Shown here: positions 1-8,999 of the stretch, piece after piece | Layout: every line of letters starts with the position of its first letter | Position numbering within the stretch: the first letter of the stretch is position 1 | Assembly: GCA_023389575.1 (NCBI GenBank) | Contig: JAEWEG010000006.1 | Coordinates: 5,582 to 69,581, forward strand | Direction of reading: 5' to 3' | Length of the DNA: 64,000 nt | DNA from: Chloroflexota bacterium | Lineage (GTDB): Bacteria > Chloroflexota > Chloroflexia > Thermomicrobiales > UBA6265 | The notes under the pieces: generated by a model | Told to the model about the DNA's origin: nothing | Seen by the model: only the letters and a program-made list of their open reading frames with translations | The model's database searches: none | Program-made: the position numbers and the translations under genes

Positions 1-1011
1 ATCTTCGGCAACGCCGAGATCATGGAAGCGGCCGGGTATGACCTGGCGAGCCAGCGGTTGACGTGGGACGAGTTCCGCGAAGCCGCCCGCGTCGTGACGG
101 AGCAAGGCGCTGGCCAGTACTTCGGCATTATCTGGGGTGGCCAGTCGGCGCCGAACTTCGCCGGCATGGTCCGAAACCTCGCCCGAATGGCCGGTGCCTC
201 GTCCGGTTCCGCCGTTGGTTTCAACGACATTGACTGGCGGACCGGCGAGTTCGTGTACACCAGCGACGAGTACATCGCGGCGGTTGAGTTGTTTCTCGCC
301 ATGGAGCAGGACGGGAGCGTCTTCCCGGGCTCGATGTCGCTCAACGAGGCCGAGGCCCGCGCCCAGTTCCCGAACGGCATCGCCGGCATGCACCTGGGTG
401 GACCATGGATCATCCCGCAGTGGCAACGCGACGCCCCTGACTTCCGATGGACGATCTCCAGCCAGCCGGTGCCAAATGGGGACGTCAACATCCCCATGAC
501 CTACGAGGAAACGGGCGCCAACCTGCTTTGGGTCTACGCCAACAGTCCCTACAAGAACGTGGCCGGCGATCTCTTCTCCTACATCGGTAGCGTGGAGGGC
601 CAGGTGGCGATCATGGCGTCCACCGGGGGCAATCTCCGGGCTATGGTCCCGCAAGCATCCGAGATCGCCCTGGAAACGGTGGAGCTGGACGAGAAGGCGT
701 CCATCGCGCTTGCCTTGTACGACGAGCAACTCCGCCTGGGCCCAATGGTGACGGTGCGGAACCCGGAGGTCGGCGCGGTGGCCGCCGAGCGCCAACCCCT
801 TCAGCCGGACCTTGGCACCTTGATGCAGGGCATCCTGTCCGGCCAGGTGCCGGATGTGGCCGGGGCCATGCAGGACCTGCAGGACAGGGCGACGGCGGAA
901 CTTGAGCGAGCGATAGCCGCCGCCCAGGAGAAGGGAGCCAATGTCTCGCGCGACGATTTCGTGTTCGCGGACTGGGACCCCAACACCGACTACACCTTCG
1001 ACCGCTACTAG
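1..1011 (+). CDS. ABC transporter extracellular solute-binding protein (family 1, sugar type), 5' end truncated by window edge
   Basis: Frame 1 is open from base 1 (IFGNAEIMEAAGYD...), so the ATG at 22 is probably internal. The sequence looks like the C-terminal half of a sugar-binding SBP (GGPWIIPQW, LWVYANSPYKN). Two MalF/MalG-type permease genes follow directly. Confidence 0.8.
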   Translation: MFGNAEIMEAAGYDLASQRLTWDEFREAARVVTEQGAGQYFGIIWGGQSAPNFAGMVRNLARMAGASSGSAVGFNDIDWRTGEFVYTSDEYIAAVELFLAMEQDGSVFPGSMSLNEAEARAQFPNGIAGMHLGGPWIIPQWQRDAPDFRWTISSQPVPNGDVNIPMTYEETGANLLWVYANSPYKNVAGDLFSYIGSVEGQVAIMASTGGNLRAMVPQASEIALETVELDEKASIALALYDEQLRLGPMVTVRNPEVGAVAAERQPLQPDLGTLMQGILSGQVPDVAGAMQDLQDRATAELERAIAAAQEKGANVSRDDFVFADWDPNTDYTFDRY

Positions 1012-1077
1012 CAGACGCCTTCGAGGACGGGAGAGGGTCAACCGGCCCTCCCCGTTCTCCTGGAGCAAGCAACCACC

Positions 1078-2055
1078 ATGGGCATCGCAACAACCCGGTT
1101 GCCATCGGACACACAACAGGTGAGCAGTGGCGGTAAATCGCTGGGACGGCGGATCTGGAGCTCCCGCTGGTGCTACCTGTTCATGCTGCCAAATCTGGTG
1201 TTGGCGGCCATGTTTACGTTTTACCCCGCCGTCATGTCGTGGTACTTCGCGTTTCTCGACTGGTCGGGATTCCTGGGCTCGCGGTCGTGGGCGGGATGGG
1301 ACAACTTCCGGCTGGTGATCAACGACGAGTTCTTCTGGAACGCGTACAAGCGGTCGTTCCAGTTCATGGTGGTGGCGGTGCCGATCCAGGTGGTGCTGGC
1401 GTTCATCCTGGCGCTGATCCTGAACGACTCCTCCTACAAACTTGGCACCTTTTTCCGCACCGTGTTCTTCCTGCCAGTGGTCACGAGTGCCGCCATCATC
1501 GGCATCGTCATGACGTTCGTGTTTAGTCCGTTCAACGGACCCATCAACAAGGTGCTGCTGCAGGTCGGACTCGTGGACCGGCCAGTCGACTTCCTTGGCG
1601 ATCCTGACACCGCGCTGTGGACCGTGGCCGCCGTCTGGATCTGGAAGTGGTTCGGCATCACGATGATCTACTGGTTGGCCGCGCTGCAGGTGGTGCCCCA
1701 GGACCTCTACGAGGCCGCTCGCATCGACGGCGCGAACCGGTTCTCCATCCACAAGGACATCACCCTGCCAATGATCCTGCCCTTCGCGGTGGTGATCGTG
1801 CTCATTACCATCGTTGGCTCGCTCAATGTGTTCGGCCTCGTCCAGACGATGACCGGGGGCGGCCCCTACTTCGCCAGCGAAGTGATGGAGGTCTACATCT
1901 ACCGAAACGCCTTCGGCAATACCGGTCTTCCACGCCTCGGATTCGCCTCGGCGGCCGCGCTCTTCTTTGGCGTGACCGTTGTCGCTATCTCACTGGTCCA
2001 GGCATGGGGTTTGCGCAAGGCGGCCGCGGCTCGCGCCCAGATGCGACAGGACTAA
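1078..2055 (+). CDS. carbohydrate ABC transporter permease (MalF/UgpA-like)
   Basis: 325-aa multi-pass hydrophobic ORF. Carries the EAA-loop of binding-protein-dependent permeases (DLYEAARIDGANRFSIHKDITLPMILP). Lies 66 nt downstream of the SBP gene. Confidence 0.88.
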   Translation: MGIATTRLPSDTQQVSSGGKSLGRRIWSSRWCYLFMLPNLVLAAMFTFYPAVMSWYFAFLDWSGFLGSRSWAGWDNFRLVINDEFFWNAYKRSFQFMVVAVPIQVVLAFILALILNDSSYKLGTFFRTVFFLPVVTSAAIIGIVMTFVFSPFNGPINKVLLQVGLVDRPVDFLGDPDTALWTVAAVWIWKWFGITMIYWLAALQVVPQDLYEAARIDGANRFSIHKDITLPMILPFAVVIVLITIVGSLNVFGLVQTMTGGGPYFASEVMEVYIYRNAFGNTGLPRLGFASAAALFFGVTVVAISLVQAWGLRKAAAARAQMRQD

Positions 2056-2067
2056 GGGGTTTCTTCC

Positions 2068-2949
2068 ATGGAGAGTGTTGTCGCGACGCCGACCACCACC
2101 AATGCCACGGGCCGCTCGCGCAGGCGGCGGCCGCGTCTACGAGCCATCATCACCACGGCGATCCTGCTGCCGCTTGGTTTCGGCTGGATCTACCCGTTCC
2201 TGTGGATGCTGAGCGCGGGATTCAAGACAAACCAGGAGATTTTCGCTGGGCTCAGCCTGATTCCGGCAGATCCCCAGTTCGACAACTTCGCCCGGGCCTG
2301 GACCGATGCGCGCATCGGCAGGTATTTCCTGAACACGACGATCGTCACGGTTGGTTCGATCCTGCTGGTGGTGATTTCCGTCTCGATGATTGGGTATGTG
2401 CTGGGTCGCTACTCCTTCCCCGGCAAGAGGCTGGTGATCGCGATGTTCGCCCTGACCATCTTCCTGCCCGAGGGGTACACCATCATCCCGATCTTCGAAC
2501 TGGTAACGAAACTGGGGCTGGCGAACTCCCTGCTGGGAGTCACCCTGGCGCAGTCAGGCGGCGCCAACGTTGTGATGGTGCTGCTGTTCGCCGGCTACTT
2601 CGCGCATTTACCGAAGGAGTTGGAGGAGGCGGCCGTGCTGGATGGAGCCGGTTTCTTCCGCGTGTTCTGGCAGATCATGCTTCCGCTGGCCAAACCCGTG
2701 ATTGCCACCACCATCATCCTTCAGTTCATGAACAGCTGGAATGCATTCCTGCAGCCGTTGGTGCTCACGTTGGCCAGGCCTGACCTGCGGACATTGGCGG
2801 TCGGCATCTATGCCTTCCAGGGACAGTTCTTCACCGACTGGTCGGGCATGGCCGCCGCCGCGACCATTAGCCTCGCCCCGATCGTGATCGTCTTCCTGTT
2901 CCTTCAGCGCTACTTCGTGGAAGGGATCGCCGGCGCGGTCAAGACCTGA
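2068..2949 (+). CDS. carbohydrate ABC transporter permease (MalG/UgpE-like)
   Basis: 293-aa hydrophobic ORF, 12 nt after the previous permease. EAA loop present (ELEEAAVLDGAGFFRVFWQIMLPLAKP). Confidence 0.9.
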   Translation: MESVVATPTTTNATGRSRRRRPRLRAIITTAILLPLGFGWIYPFLWMLSAGFKTNQEIFAGLSLIPADPQFDNFARAWTDARIGRYFLNTTIVTVGSILLVVISVSMIGYVLGRYSFPGKRLVIAMFALTIFLPEGYTIIPIFELVTKLGLANSLLGVTLAQSGGANVVMVLLFAGYFAHLPKELEEAAVLDGAGFFRVFWQIMLPLAKPVIATTIILQFMNSWNAFLQPLVLTLARPDLRTLAVGIYAFQGQFFTDWSGMAAAATISLAPIVIVFLFLQRYFVEGIAGAVKT

Positions 2950-2980
2950 TCGCGCCCGCTCCCAGGACAAGGATTGCTTC

Positions 2981-4330
2981 GTGACCAATGTGCTCGTGCT
3001 GATGTCGGATGAACACAATCCGGCCATAGCCTCTATCTACGGCCATCCCACGGTCGAAACGATCCACATGGAGCGTCTCGCCGCGAGAGGTGTCACCTAT
3101 GACGCCGCGTATTGCCCGTCGCCTCTGTGCGGTCCCTCGCGGTCGGCATTCCTGTCCGGCCTGCCCACCCATCAGGCTGGTATCTACAACAATTGCCGAA
3201 TCGACGATCTCGATCATCCCGCTTATGGCGGTGTCCTCGCCAGCCACGGTGTTCACACGGTCAACATCGGCAAGACGGATGTGTACGCGCCTGGTGACAG
3301 TCTCGGATTCAGCGAGATGCGCCTCGCCGGTGACCGCACGCCGCCCGGCGATACCAACTTTCGCCGCGATCCCCTCAGCATCCGCGAGGATGGTCCGGGC
3401 CGCGCCGAGAAGTACGGTCCGCGCCCCGATGCCTTCGCCAAGGACGCGGGCGTGGTCGACGAAGCGATCCAATGGCTGACCACCACGGCGCCAGGAGTTG
3501 ACCGGCCGTGGACGCTCACCGTCAACATCATCGCGCCCCACTTCCCCCACTACGCCACGGCCGAGCTCTGGGACAAGTACGAGGGCGCGGGAGACATTCC
3601 AGCTCACCGGGGCGATGCCGAATCGGCCAATCACCCCTACGCCCAGGATCTTCGTCGCCATTTCCAGACCGAAACGTTCTCGGACGAGCAGATCCGCCGT
3701 CTCCGCCAGGGATATCTGGCTCGGGTCGATTACGTCGACCAGGAGTTGGGTCGCCTGATGGATGCCCTTGAAGCCAGCGGCCAGCTGGACAATACCGTGA
3801 TCGCATATACATCCGACCATGGGGAGATGCTCGGCAAGTTCGACATGTGGTGGAAGTGCTCGATGTACGAGGACTCGGTGCGCGTTCCGCTGATTGTCGC
3901 GGGGCCCGGGTTTCCGGAAGGAGTCCGATCGTCCACGCCGGTTACCCTGCTCGATCTCCAGGCCAGTCTCTTCCAGGCCACCGGCGCTAGCCGACCAGGA
4001 CATTGGTGGGGCGCCCCGCTTCAGGACATTCCGCTCGCTGATCCGGATCGAGTCGCCTTCGCCGAATACCACGGCCATGGAACCCGAGGCGGCACCTTCA
4101 TGATCCGAAAGGGTTCGTGGAAGCTGCTCCACCATGAGCTGGCGCCGCATCAACTCTTCGACCTCGCGTCCGATCCGGACGAGCTCGTCAACCGGTTCGA
4201 CGAGGCGCCGGACTTCGCGGCCGACATGGAACGAGAGTTGCGCGCCCTGTGCTCGCCCGAGGAGGAGTTCAATCGTGCCCGTGCCCACGAACTCCATCTC
4301 ATCGATCAGTTGGAACGCCTGCCGGTTTGA
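2981..4330 (+). CDS. sulfatase (Cys-type, formylglycine-dependent family), no signal peptide
   Basis: GTG start with AAGGA upstream. N-terminus is VLVLMSDEHN. Sulfatase signature C-x-P-S-R (SPLCGPSRSAFLSG) and a downstream SDHGEMLG motif are present. The catalytic domain begins at residue 3, so the protein is cytoplasmic. Confidence 0.88.
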   Translation: MTNVLVLMSDEHNPAIASIYGHPTVETIHMERLAARGVTYDAAYCPSPLCGPSRSAFLSGLPTHQAGIYNNCRIDDLDHPAYGGVLASHGVHTVNIGKTDVYAPGDSLGFSEMRLAGDRTPPGDTNFRRDPLSIREDGPGRAEKYGPRPDAFAKDAGVVDEAIQWLTTTAPGVDRPWTLTVNIIAPHFPHYATAELWDKYEGAGDIPAHRGDAESANHPYAQDLRRHFQTETFSDEQIRRLRQGYLARVDYVDQELGRLMDALEASGQLDNTVIAYTSDHGEMLGKFDMWWKCSMYEDSVRVPLIVAGPGFPEGVRSSTPVTLLDLQASLFQATGASRPGHWWGAPLQDIPLADPDRVAFAEYHGHGTRGGTFMIRKGSWKLLHHELAPHQLFDLASDPDELVNRFDEAPDFAADMERELRALCSPEEEFNRARAHELHLIDQLERLPV

Positions 4331-4367
4331 CCCATCGCCACCACGCGCCAAGGAAAGCACCGCTCGA

Positions 4368-5714
4368 ATGAACAACTCCCCGAACGTCATCGTGTTTTTC
4401 ACCGACCAGCAGCGATGGGACTCCACCGGGCTTCACGGCAACCCGCTCGACCTGACGCCGAACCTCGACCGGGTGGCGCGCGAGAACACGCACGTCGCCA
4501 ACTCGTTCACCTGCCAGCCGGTCTGTGGACCCGCCCGTTCCGCGCTCCAGACCGGGCTTTACCCGACCACCAGCGGTTGCTTCCGAAACGGCATTCCCCT
4601 GCCCGAAGGTCAGCGGACGATTGGGCATCACTTCGCGGACGCCGGGTACCGCACCGGCTACATCGGCAAGTGGCACCTGGCGAGCAAGGATCCCGTTGAG
4701 GCCGAGCAACGCGGCGGCTACGAGACCTGGCTGGCGGCCAATACCCTGGAGTTCACCTCCGAGCCCTATCGCTTCACCGTCTACGACAACGACCGCGAGG
4801 AAGTCACGCTTCCTGGCTACCGGGTCGATGCCCAAACGGATGCCGCCATCGACTTCGTCGCCACCCATCGCGACGAGCCGTTCTTCCTGTTCTGTTCGTT
4901 CCTGGAGCCGCATCACCAGAACCGGGTGGACGACTATCCCGCCCCGGAAGGTTACCGGACGAGGTACGAGAGTCGCTGGGTGCCGCCCGACCTGCTGGCC
5001 CTGGGCGGTTCGTCGCACCAGCACCTCGCTGGGTACTGGGGCATGGTCAAGCGCCTGGACGAAGCGTACGGCCGGCTGCTCGACGCGCTGAAGAGCCTGG
5101 ACCTGATCGAGAACACCATCGTGCTCTTCACGTCGGACCATGGCTGCCACTTCAAGACGCGCAACAGCGAGTACAAGCGCTCCTGCCACGAGTCCTCCAT
5201 TCGGGTGCCAACCGTGTTCTCTGGTCCGGGGTTCCGCGGCGGCGGCCATATTCACGATTTGGTCAGCCTGATCGATCTTCCGCCCACGTTGCTTGACGCT
5301 GCTGGCATCCCGGTCCCGGAGGAGATGCAGGGACGGTCGATCATGCCGCTCCTCCGCGGCGGCTCCGATACCGATCGGCCACGTGACATCCTTGTCCAGA
5401 TCAGCGAGAGCCACGTTGGCCGCGCGTTGCGAACGCGCCGGTGGAAATATGCCGTCACCGCCGAAGGGATCGATGGGAATAGCGGTCCTGGCGCCGAAAC
5501 CTATGCCGAATCGCACCTTTATGATCTGGAGGTCGATCCGTACGAACTTCGCAACCTGATCGGCTCGGAGAGTCATCGCGAACTCTGCGACCAGCTTGGC
5601 GCGCGCCTGGTCGATCGCATGGTCGCCGCCGGCGAGCCGGCTCCGGAAATCCTTCCCGCCGCGCCGGCCCGGATCATGCAGGCGAAGCTCACTGCGGCCG
5701 AACTGGCGATGTAA
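4368..5714 (+). CDS. sulfatase (arylsulfatase family, Cys-type), no signal peptide
   Basis: The ORF-track start at 4134 overlaps the previous gene. ATG 4368 follows AGGAAAG and gives the N-terminus MNNSPNVIVFFTDQQRWD. Signature CQPVCGPARSALQTG and a TSDHG motif are present. Confidence 0.88.
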   Translation: MNNSPNVIVFFTDQQRWDSTGLHGNPLDLTPNLDRVARENTHVANSFTCQPVCGPARSALQTGLYPTTSGCFRNGIPLPEGQRTIGHHFADAGYRTGYIGKWHLASKDPVEAEQRGGYETWLAANTLEFTSEPYRFTVYDNDREEVTLPGYRVDAQTDAAIDFVATHRDEPFFLFCSFLEPHHQNRVDDYPAPEGYRTRYESRWVPPDLLALGGSSHQHLAGYWGMVKRLDEAYGRLLDALKSLDLIENTIVLFTSDHGCHFKTRNSEYKRSCHESSIRVPTVFSGPGFRGGGHIHDLVSLIDLPPTLLDAAGIPVPEEMQGRSIMPLLRGGSDTDRPRDILVQISESHVGRALRTRRWKYAVTAEGIDGNSGPGAETYAESHLYDLEVDPYELRNLIGSESHRELCDQLGARLVDRMVAAGEPAPEILPAAPARIMQAKLTAAELAM

Positions 5715-5827
5715 CCCTTCCGCCCCCCGCCGGTTCGCGGTAGCATCACTCGACCGCTCCGGTACGGAGCCGGACGCGCAACCTCCCGGCCATGGCGGCC
5801 GGAATTCCCGGGAGCAGGACCTCGAAC

Positions 5828-7129
5828 ATGCCTCGACCACGAATCGCGCTTGTTGGCGCCGGCAGCACCGTGTTCGCCAAGAACATCATTGGCGACGTCA
5901 TTAGTTACCCCGAACTCGCCGATTGCACCATCGCTCTCTTCGACATCGACTCCAGTCGCCTCGAAACGTCGCGCATCGTCGCCGAGAAGCTGGTCTCCTC
6001 GGCCGGCGCCTCGACCACCGTTGAAGCCACGATGGATCGGCGCGAGGCGCTCACCAACGCCGATTTCGTGATCAGCATGATCCAGGTCGGTGGATATCGT
6101 CCGAGCACCGTCATCGACTTCGAGATCCCGAAGAAGTACGGCCTGCGCCAGACCATCGCCGACACCCTCGGCATTGGCGGAATCATGCGCGGGTTGCGGA
6201 CGATCCCGGTGCTGGTCGACATCGCGAAGGAGATGGAGGAGGTCTGCCCGGACGCGCTCTTCCTGAACTACGTCAACCCGATGGCGATGAATTGCTGGGC
6301 CATCGGCCGCGCCAGCGATATCAGCACCGTGGGACTCTGCCACAGCGTCCAGGGCACCGCCGGAGAGCTGGCGAAGGACATCGGCGTGCCGGTGGACGAG
6401 ATTAATTACACCTGCGCCGGGATCAACCACATGGCCTTCTACACGACCTTCGAGCGCGATGGCGAAGATCTCTACCCAGCCATTCGCCAGGTACTCGCGG
6501 AGGGTCGCCAGCCCGAGCACAACCGGGTTCGCTACGAGATGCTCAAGCGCACCGGGTACTTCGTCACCGAGTCCAGCGAGCACTTCGCGGAATACGTACC
6601 CTGGTTCATCAAGCGCGACCGTCCCGACCTGATCGAGGATTTCAACATCCCGCTGGACGAGTACCCACGCCGCTGCGAAAACCAGATCGCGAAATGGGAG
6701 TCCATGCGCGAGGAATACGAGGGCGACGCGCCCATCGCGCACAAGCGCTCGCATGAGTACGCGTCACGCATCATCCTCGGCAAGGTCACCGGCGAGCCCC
6801 AGGTGATCTACGGCAACTTCCCGAACCATGGCCTGATCGAGAACCTGCCGGAAGGCGCCTGCGTGGAGGTGGCCTGCCTCGTCGACAAGAATGGCTTCCA
6901 GCCGACCGCGTTCGGCAAGCTGCCTGTGCATCTCGCGGCGATGATGCAGACCAACATCAACGTGCAGGAACTTACGGTTGAAGCGGCCCTCACCGGCAAG
7001 CGCGAGCACATCTACCACGCCGCCATGCTCGATCCGCACACCGCCGCCGAACTCTCGCTCGACCAGATCTGGCATCTCGTGGACGACCTGATCGAGGCCC
7101 ACGGCGATTACCTTCCGGCCTACACCTAA
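5828..7129 (+). CDS. glycoside hydrolase family 4 (NAD+/Mn2+-dependent alpha-glucosidase/alpha-galactosidase type)
   Basis: N-terminal Rossmann motif RIALVGAGSTVFAKN. GLCHSVQG and GINHMAF motifs are typical of GH4 (MelA/AglA-like). Start placed at ATG 5828 (ORF track gives 5792). Confidence 0.85.
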   Translation: MPRPRIALVGAGSTVFAKNIIGDVISYPELADCTIALFDIDSSRLETSRIVAEKLVSSAGASTTVEATMDRREALTNADFVISMIQVGGYRPSTVIDFEIPKKYGLRQTIADTLGIGGIMRGLRTIPVLVDIAKEMEEVCPDALFLNYVNPMAMNCWAIGRASDISTVGLCHSVQGTAGELAKDIGVPVDEINYTCAGINHMAFYTTFERDGEDLYPAIRQVLAEGRQPEHNRVRYEMLKRTGYFVTESSEHFAEYVPWFIKRDRPDLIEDFNIPLDEYPRRCENQIAKWESMREEYEGDAPIAHKRSHEYASRIILGKVTGEPQVIYGNFPNHGLIENLPEGACVEVACLVDKNGFQPTAFGKLPVHLAAMMQTNINVQELTVEAALTGKREHIYHAAMLDPHTAAELSLDQIWHLVDDLIEAHGDYLPAYT

Positions 7130-7216
7130 CGGGCGCCACCGGGGAGGACGCGAGCGCGCCCTCCCCGGATCGGCATCCCTCCGGTTCGAGCCGAGGACCA
7201 CCATGCGAGACCATCC

Positions 7217-7681
7217 ATGAGCGGCATCACCATCCGTCCGGCCGACGGGTCCGACATCGAGTTCATCCGGGAGCAGTACGCCTTCGTCGAGGAGAACGGC
7301 GCTCCGCATTGGCGTCATGATGGCCCAAGCCCGTACACCGATAGCTGGATCGAGCACGTCATCGAGATCAGCCCGGACGACCAGGCCATCTTCTTGGCCG
7401 TCGACCGGGATGGAGCCCGGCTGGGCTACACCTGGGTGCTTTCGCTTCTGGAATTCGACGCGGTCGTTCCACATGGCCACATCGCCGGAGTCGGCGTCGC
7501 GGAACAGGCCCGGGGCCAGGGAGTTGGATCGTTGCTGGTCGCCGCCGCGGAGTCATGGTGTCGTGAGCGAAAGCTTCCCGAGGTCACGCTCCACTGCTAT
7601 ATCGCCAACCAGGGTGCCCACCGGCTGTACGAGCGCCTGGGCTTCGAAGACGAGTGGTATCACATGCGCAAGGGGCTCTAG
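7217..7681 (+). CDS. GNAT family N-acetyltransferase
   Basis: 154-aa ORF with a GNAT acetyl-CoA binding segment (VAEQARGQGVGSLLVAAAESW) and the tail HRLYERLGF. Confidence 0.8.
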   Translation: MSGITIRPADGSDIEFIREQYAFVEENGAPHWRHDGPSPYTDSWIEHVIEISPDDQAIFLAVDRDGARLGYTWVLSLLEFDAVVPHGHIAGVGVAEQARGQGVGSLLVAAAESWCRERKLPEVTLHCYIANQGAHRLYERLGFEDEWYHMRKGL

Positions 7682-8955
7682 CCGCTTGCGCTGGACATCA
7701 GATCCAGTTCCCAGATCTCGTCCATCATCCTGAACCCGAACTGCTCCACCGGTTCCGAGCTGACCAATTCGAATCCGGTCGCCGCGTAGATTCGACGCGC
7801 CGACGTCAGCGTGTCGACCGTCCACAGCATCATCCTGGAGTACCCCGCGCCCCTGGCGAAGGCGATGCATTCATCTACCAGGTGTCGCCCAAGTCCAACA
7901 CCTCGCGCCCACGGTTCCACCAGCAGGATACGGAGCTGCGCGGTGGTGTCGTCACGCTGGCAACAGAACACGCATCCCGCCCGTTCACTATTCACTTCGG
8001 CGATCCAGCCGTTCTCACGGCCGGGCTTGAAGTTCCGGTGATAGTCCGAAAGCACTCCGGCCACCAGGGCCTCGAAACTCGTGTCCCAGCCGAACTGCTC
8101 CGCGTAGAGCGCGCCGTTGCGGCTGGCCACCCAGCCAACGTCGCCGGGCTGGAGGCCACGGAGCGTTACTTGTCGCTCCTCGGGAACCGAGCGCTTGCCC
8201 AGATACCGTTCCACGGGTTCAACCGCGTACCCGGCGCCTTCGAGGAAGTGCCGCAGCAGCGGCAGGTGGCCGCCACCCACCACGACCAGCACCCGTTCGC
8301 CGGGCGACTCCACCAACCGCGTGAGGTTGACGAACATCTTCATGTTGCGCTCGTACCAGCGAATCACGACGTCCGCGCCTATATGCGTGTCGACGTCGCC
8401 GATCCGCGCCATGTCCAGGTACACGCGGTGACTTCCCACCAGGCCATCCGCGCTGTTGGTCTCGAGGAGTTGTGTGAGCACCGAAGCGGCCGCGACTTCT
8501 TCCGCGTCGCGTGCGGCGATGCTGGTCGTGTCCTCGAGAACATCGGCGATCGATCCCAGGAGGTGCCGCTGTCCGTGGTCCATCGCATGGTCGATCGCTC
8601 GCTCCCAACCAATCGTGCGCGAATGGTCATGCCAGTCGAACCCGTGGACATGGTCGTGACCCATCGCGCCCGCGATCCGGAATCCAAGTTGGTGCCGCTC
8701 GTTCGCCGTGAGGTCAAACGTTCCGTTTCGCCAGCGGCGGTAGTCGTCGTTGAACGCTGGTACCTGATTCGCTTCGATCTCGAGCGCGACCTTCGTCGGC
8801 TCGAAGCGGGCCAGCCGCTCCACGCAGTCGGCGATCTCCTCCTGGCGCCTGGGGGCGAGCATGTCGTCGAACTTGACTTGCCGAATGTCCAGGCCGGGAT
8901 TGCCCCAGTGCCCGCATCCCACCAGCAAGAACGTTGCTCCGTGTTCCGCATCCAT
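7678..8955 (-). CDS. DUF5694-like domain fused to a C-terminal GNAT N-acetyltransferase domain
   Basis: The N-terminal ~280 aa resemble DUF5694 (FLLVGCGHWGNPGLD, PTKVALE, NERHQLGFRIA). The C-terminal ~150 aa are GNAT (LLVEPWARGVGLGRHLVDECIAFARGAGY). Start chosen at ATG 8955 (GGGAG upstream). The ORF-track start at 9129 would overlap glpK. Confidence 0.7.
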   Translation of the reverse strand: MDAEHGATFLLVGCGHWGNPGLDIRQVKFDDMLAPRRQEEIADCVERLARFEPTKVALEIEANQVPAFNDDYRRWRNGTFDLTANERHQLGFRIAGAMGHDHVHGFDWHDHSRTIGWERAIDHAMDHGQRHLLGSIADVLEDTTSIAARDAEEVAAASVLTQLLETNSADGLVGSHRVYLDMARIGDVDTHIGADVVIRWYERNMKMFVNLTRLVESPGERVLVVVGGGHLPLLRHFLEGAGYAVEPVERYLGKRSVPEERQVTLRGLQPGDVGWVASRNGALYAEQFGWDTSFEALVAGVLSDYHRNFKPGRENGWIAEVNSERAGCVFCCQRDDTTAQLRILLVEPWARGVGLGRHLVDECIAFARGAGYSRMMLWTVDTLTSARRIYAATGFELVSSEPVEQFGFRMMDEIWELDLMSSASG

Positions 8956-8999
8956 CGGCGATCGCTCCCGTCGAGATTCGAACCCGACTCCTGGGTGTC

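Noticed and set aside
4134-4367. The upstream extension of sulfatase 2 given by the ORF track (start 4134). Similar long N-terminal extensions occur for 5792, 9129, 17741, 23152, 23956, 27371, 33936, 36477, 37550, 42858, 48584, 56024 and 60949.
   Set aside because: The extensions overlap neighbouring genes or terminators, or run through lower-GC leader sequence. They encode Arg/Ser/Pro-rich peptides. Internal starts with Shine-Dalgarno-like sequences give N-termini matching the family norm.
4299-5840. 513-aa minus-strand ORF antisense to sulfatase 2, and the similar 393-aa ORF at 5573-6754 (-).
   Set aside because: The composition is Arg/Gly/Pro/Ala-rich with no motifs. Both ORFs lie exactly antisense to genes with clear sulfatase and GH4 signatures. 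This is a typical high-GC shadow-ORF artefact.
8956-8999. tRNA-like T-arm on the minus strand (TCGGG-TTCGAAT-CTCGA followed by CGGGAGC) in the 44-nt gap between glpK and the DUF5694-GNAT gene.
   Set aside because: There is no complementary 5' acceptor strand, no anticodon arm and no CCA or discriminator context. The upstream sequence is the glpK 3' coding end. At most it is a tRNA-fragment-like relic, not a gene.
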